From: Squalus acanthias
Taxonomy: Eukaryota
Reading direction: 5' to 3'
Assembly (NCBI GenBank): GCA_030390025.1
Contig: JASTWF010000069.1
Coordinates: forward strand, 930,001 to 994,000
DNA: 64,000 bases
Positions 61,206 to 64,000 of the stretch are shown piece after piece (position 1 is the stretch's first letter; each line of letters opens with the position of its first letter). The notes beneath the pieces are model-generated. The model had not been told where the DNA came from and made no database searches. It worked only from the letters and a program-made list of their open reading frames with translations. Made by a program: the position numbers and the translations under genes.

Positions 61206-64000
61206 TATGACCCTAGTGATTCAGGATGGAGATAGTGGCTTTAGTTCTGACGGATCCTAATCCACTGTTCCTGCCTTGTAAGTCAGCACACAATATACCT
61301 CAATGGGTGTGTCATTTAGGCATTGTGTTGGGTGGAAGACTTGCTTCACTGAACAGGGTCCTGAGGTCTGTGAGCCAATATAGAATGAGCTTGTCCACTC
61401 CCGTGCCGAGGATTCCCTTCCATCCGTTGGGTTGATGGAGCCATCTGTTGGGTCAAGAATTGTCTTCACATACAGAAACATTGTATGCTGAGGAAAAGGC
61501 ATGAGGACAGGCGGGTGCGATGTCCACGGGCAAGGTGACTATGAGTCTGTCCGACATGTGGGTTCACTATAATGCTCCCCAATCACAGAACACGGTGCGC
61601 AGTGTTTGATATTCATTCTTGGATTGTGTTGTCTCAGTAGCTCTTGTCCTTCTGGGTGGTAGAGGTCGCAGGGGAGGGCGGTGCTGTCAACGTAACCTTG
61701 GTGAGTTCCTTGTGTGTCCTGTAGATGGTCCACACTGCAGACACTGTGCGCCAGTGACGGAGGGGGTGGATATCGAGTCCAGTGGAGCGACAAGCCATCC
61801 AGTGCTAAATATTGATATTTCTCTCCCCAGCTGTATTGTCAGAGGAGTGGAAAGGCGAGACTCCACGAGAGGTGACAGCACAGGAAGGTTTGTGTGCACA
61901 GATTCCATGTCATTACACTTATCCATCGCGTCTGGCAAACCAACCGCGAGTTGGAATCTGGATTAATATGTGGAACGGAGATCATCGCCTATAGCCTTTC
62001 ACTCCAAGGATCACAATCGTGAGTCGTCACAGTTTCGCCATCGGACCCGGCTGTCTGGAGACCTGAGAGATGGTGACTGTTCCCTGATTATAAACAACAT
62101 CACACAGCGAGACGCAGGACCTTATTATTTCAGAATAGAATTTGACAACAGTGATCTGTTTAACTACTACCCTGAACACAGCTTCATGTTTCTGGTAAGT
62201 GCTGGGTTATAATTACTCCACAATTCACGCTCAACAGTCAGTGGGAAATAACATAAACTGTGGCGGTTACACATTAACACAAAACACAGCTTATTATAAC
62301 ACAGCGTCTGATTATCAATAACCTGGCGATACCTTCCAGTTCAGTCCTAAAGCAACCTCTAATACTCACTTTATTATCAATGATTGAATGTCTTGACTGT
62401 GTCCATCATTGTTATCAGGTTATCGACTCCTATCTATCTCTCTAATTGTGTTTAAAAGTCTTACATACAGACAAAAGACAGTCTCACATTTCTCCAGCAC
62501 CTTTCACCACCTCAGGAGGTCCCAAAGCGCTTCACAGACAATGAAGTTCTTTTTTTGAAGTGTGGTCACTGTTGTAATGTAGGAAACGTGGCAGCCAGTT
62601 TGCGCACAGCAAGCTCCCACAAACAGCAATGTGATAATGACCAGAACATCTGGTTTAACACTTCAAAAGTACTTCATTGGCTGTGAAGCGCTTTGGGACG
62701 TCCTGAGGTCATGAAATGCGCTGTAGGAATGCAAGTCTTTCTTTTATGTTTTGGTTGAGTGATCATTGCAAATTGTTTCTGTCCTGCCGTGGAGAAGATT
62801 TAATTTAACATTGGCAGAGATCTCTGAGCGAGTGGAGAGCCAGTGTTCCTGGGGCTGTGACCAGGTCCTCCACCCCGAACCAGTATTGTCAATTCAAGTA
62901 TCTCAGAGAGAAAGTGCATTAAGCTCAGTGACAGACACTCCGCAAACCCTGGAAATAGGAAACAATGTTTTCTTATACATTCACACAAAGTTACATAGAG
63001 ACTACCGCTCAGAAAGAGGCCATTCAGCACAACTGGTCCATCCCGGTGTTTATGCTCCACACCAGCCTCCTCCCACCCCTCTTCATCTCACCCCATCAAC
63101 ATATCCTTCTATTCCTTTCTCCCTCATGTGTTTATTCAGCTTCCCCTTAAATGCATCTCTGCTCTTCGCCTCAACCACTCCCTGTGGTAGCGAGTTCCCC
63201 ATTCTCACCACTCTCTGGGGAAAGAAGTTTCTCCTGAATTCCCTATTGGATTTATCAGTGACTATCTTATATTGATGGCCCCTAGTTCTGGTCTCCCCCA
63301 CAAGTGGAAACATCTTCTCTACGTCTACCCTATCGAAACCCTTCATAATTTTAAAGACCTCTATCAGGTCACCCCTCAGCCTTCTCTTTTCTAGAGAAAA
63401 GAGCCCCAGCCTGTTCAATCTTTCCTGATCGTTGTAACCTCTCAGTTCTGGTATTATCCGTGTAAAAGTACTTTCTCTTGCGGGACTGTGATTTCTATTT
63501 GAACTGATGCCTCACGTTATATTTATCTAAAAGGATCCATTCTCTGTGTGTTAGATTTCACAGATAAACCCAGGATATTCCCTGCTGAAATGATTGCAGG
63601 AAAGCGTGTGAACGTAAGCTGCACCTTCAACACCACGTGCACTGGAACAGCACCTGTCTTAACCTGGGTCAATCCCACTGACGTACCCGGGTCAGTCTCA
63701 AACAGTGTAACTCAGCATGGCGTCACTCTGACATATACTTCTGTTCTGTCCCTGATTCCATCACTCAAACACCACGGACAAACTCTCACCTGCAGAGTCA
63801 GATATCCATCTGTTTCATCGGAACAGACCCTCGCACTCACTGTGCAATGTAAGTACGGATATCCTTAAATTTAATTACCCGTGCTAGTCTACATTGCGCA
63901 CGGCAAGATCCCACAAAGGGCAACATGGTGAGGCCTAGATCAGAAAATTTTTATTGATAAATATTGACAAGAACACTGGGGAGAACACTTCTTTAAATCG

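Larger units (their letters stand above)
57521..63848 (+). pseudogene. Siglec copy B (exons 57521-57560, 61831-62194, 63555-63848; continues beyond the window), frameshifted as sequenced
   Basis: inverted paralog of copy A; V-set exon is 364 nt (1-bp deletions near 61967 and 62175, stop at 61992-61994); signal and domain-2 exons intact. Confidence 0.85.

Overview
Repeat-dense eukaryotic genomic DNA, almost certainly from a cartilaginous fish (shark-type CR1 LINEs, Deu-domain tRNA SINEs, L2, Penelope and Harbinger remnants). Most of the ORF track is translated repeat. The real host genes are two head-to-head Siglec-family paralogs in the arms of a large inverted duplication (about 18.8-27.9 kb vs 56.7-63.9 kb). 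Copy A (minus strand, 27083->13146) splices by hand into 5 phase-compatible coding exons, 391 aa: signal peptide, V-set with the essential Arg and Siglec cysteine pattern, two C2-set domains, and a TM with an embedded Arg followed by a short Tyr-free tail, i.e. a predicted activating Siglec. Copy B (plus strand, from 57521 and running off the window) has two 1-bp deletions in its V-set exon; its 16 substituted V-set codons are all non-synonymous while domain 2 is protein-identical. The spacer between the arms holds a deleted endogenous retrovirus (tRNA-Ser PBS, integrase, F-protein-like rather than gamma-type Env) and large minisatellite arrays that grew out of a LINE 3' tail (43 bp), a SINE core (33 bp) and the LTR terminus (18 bp), arranged in higher-order repeats. 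The window starts in a CpG-rich ~2 kb macrosatellite. All alignments and counts were done by eye.
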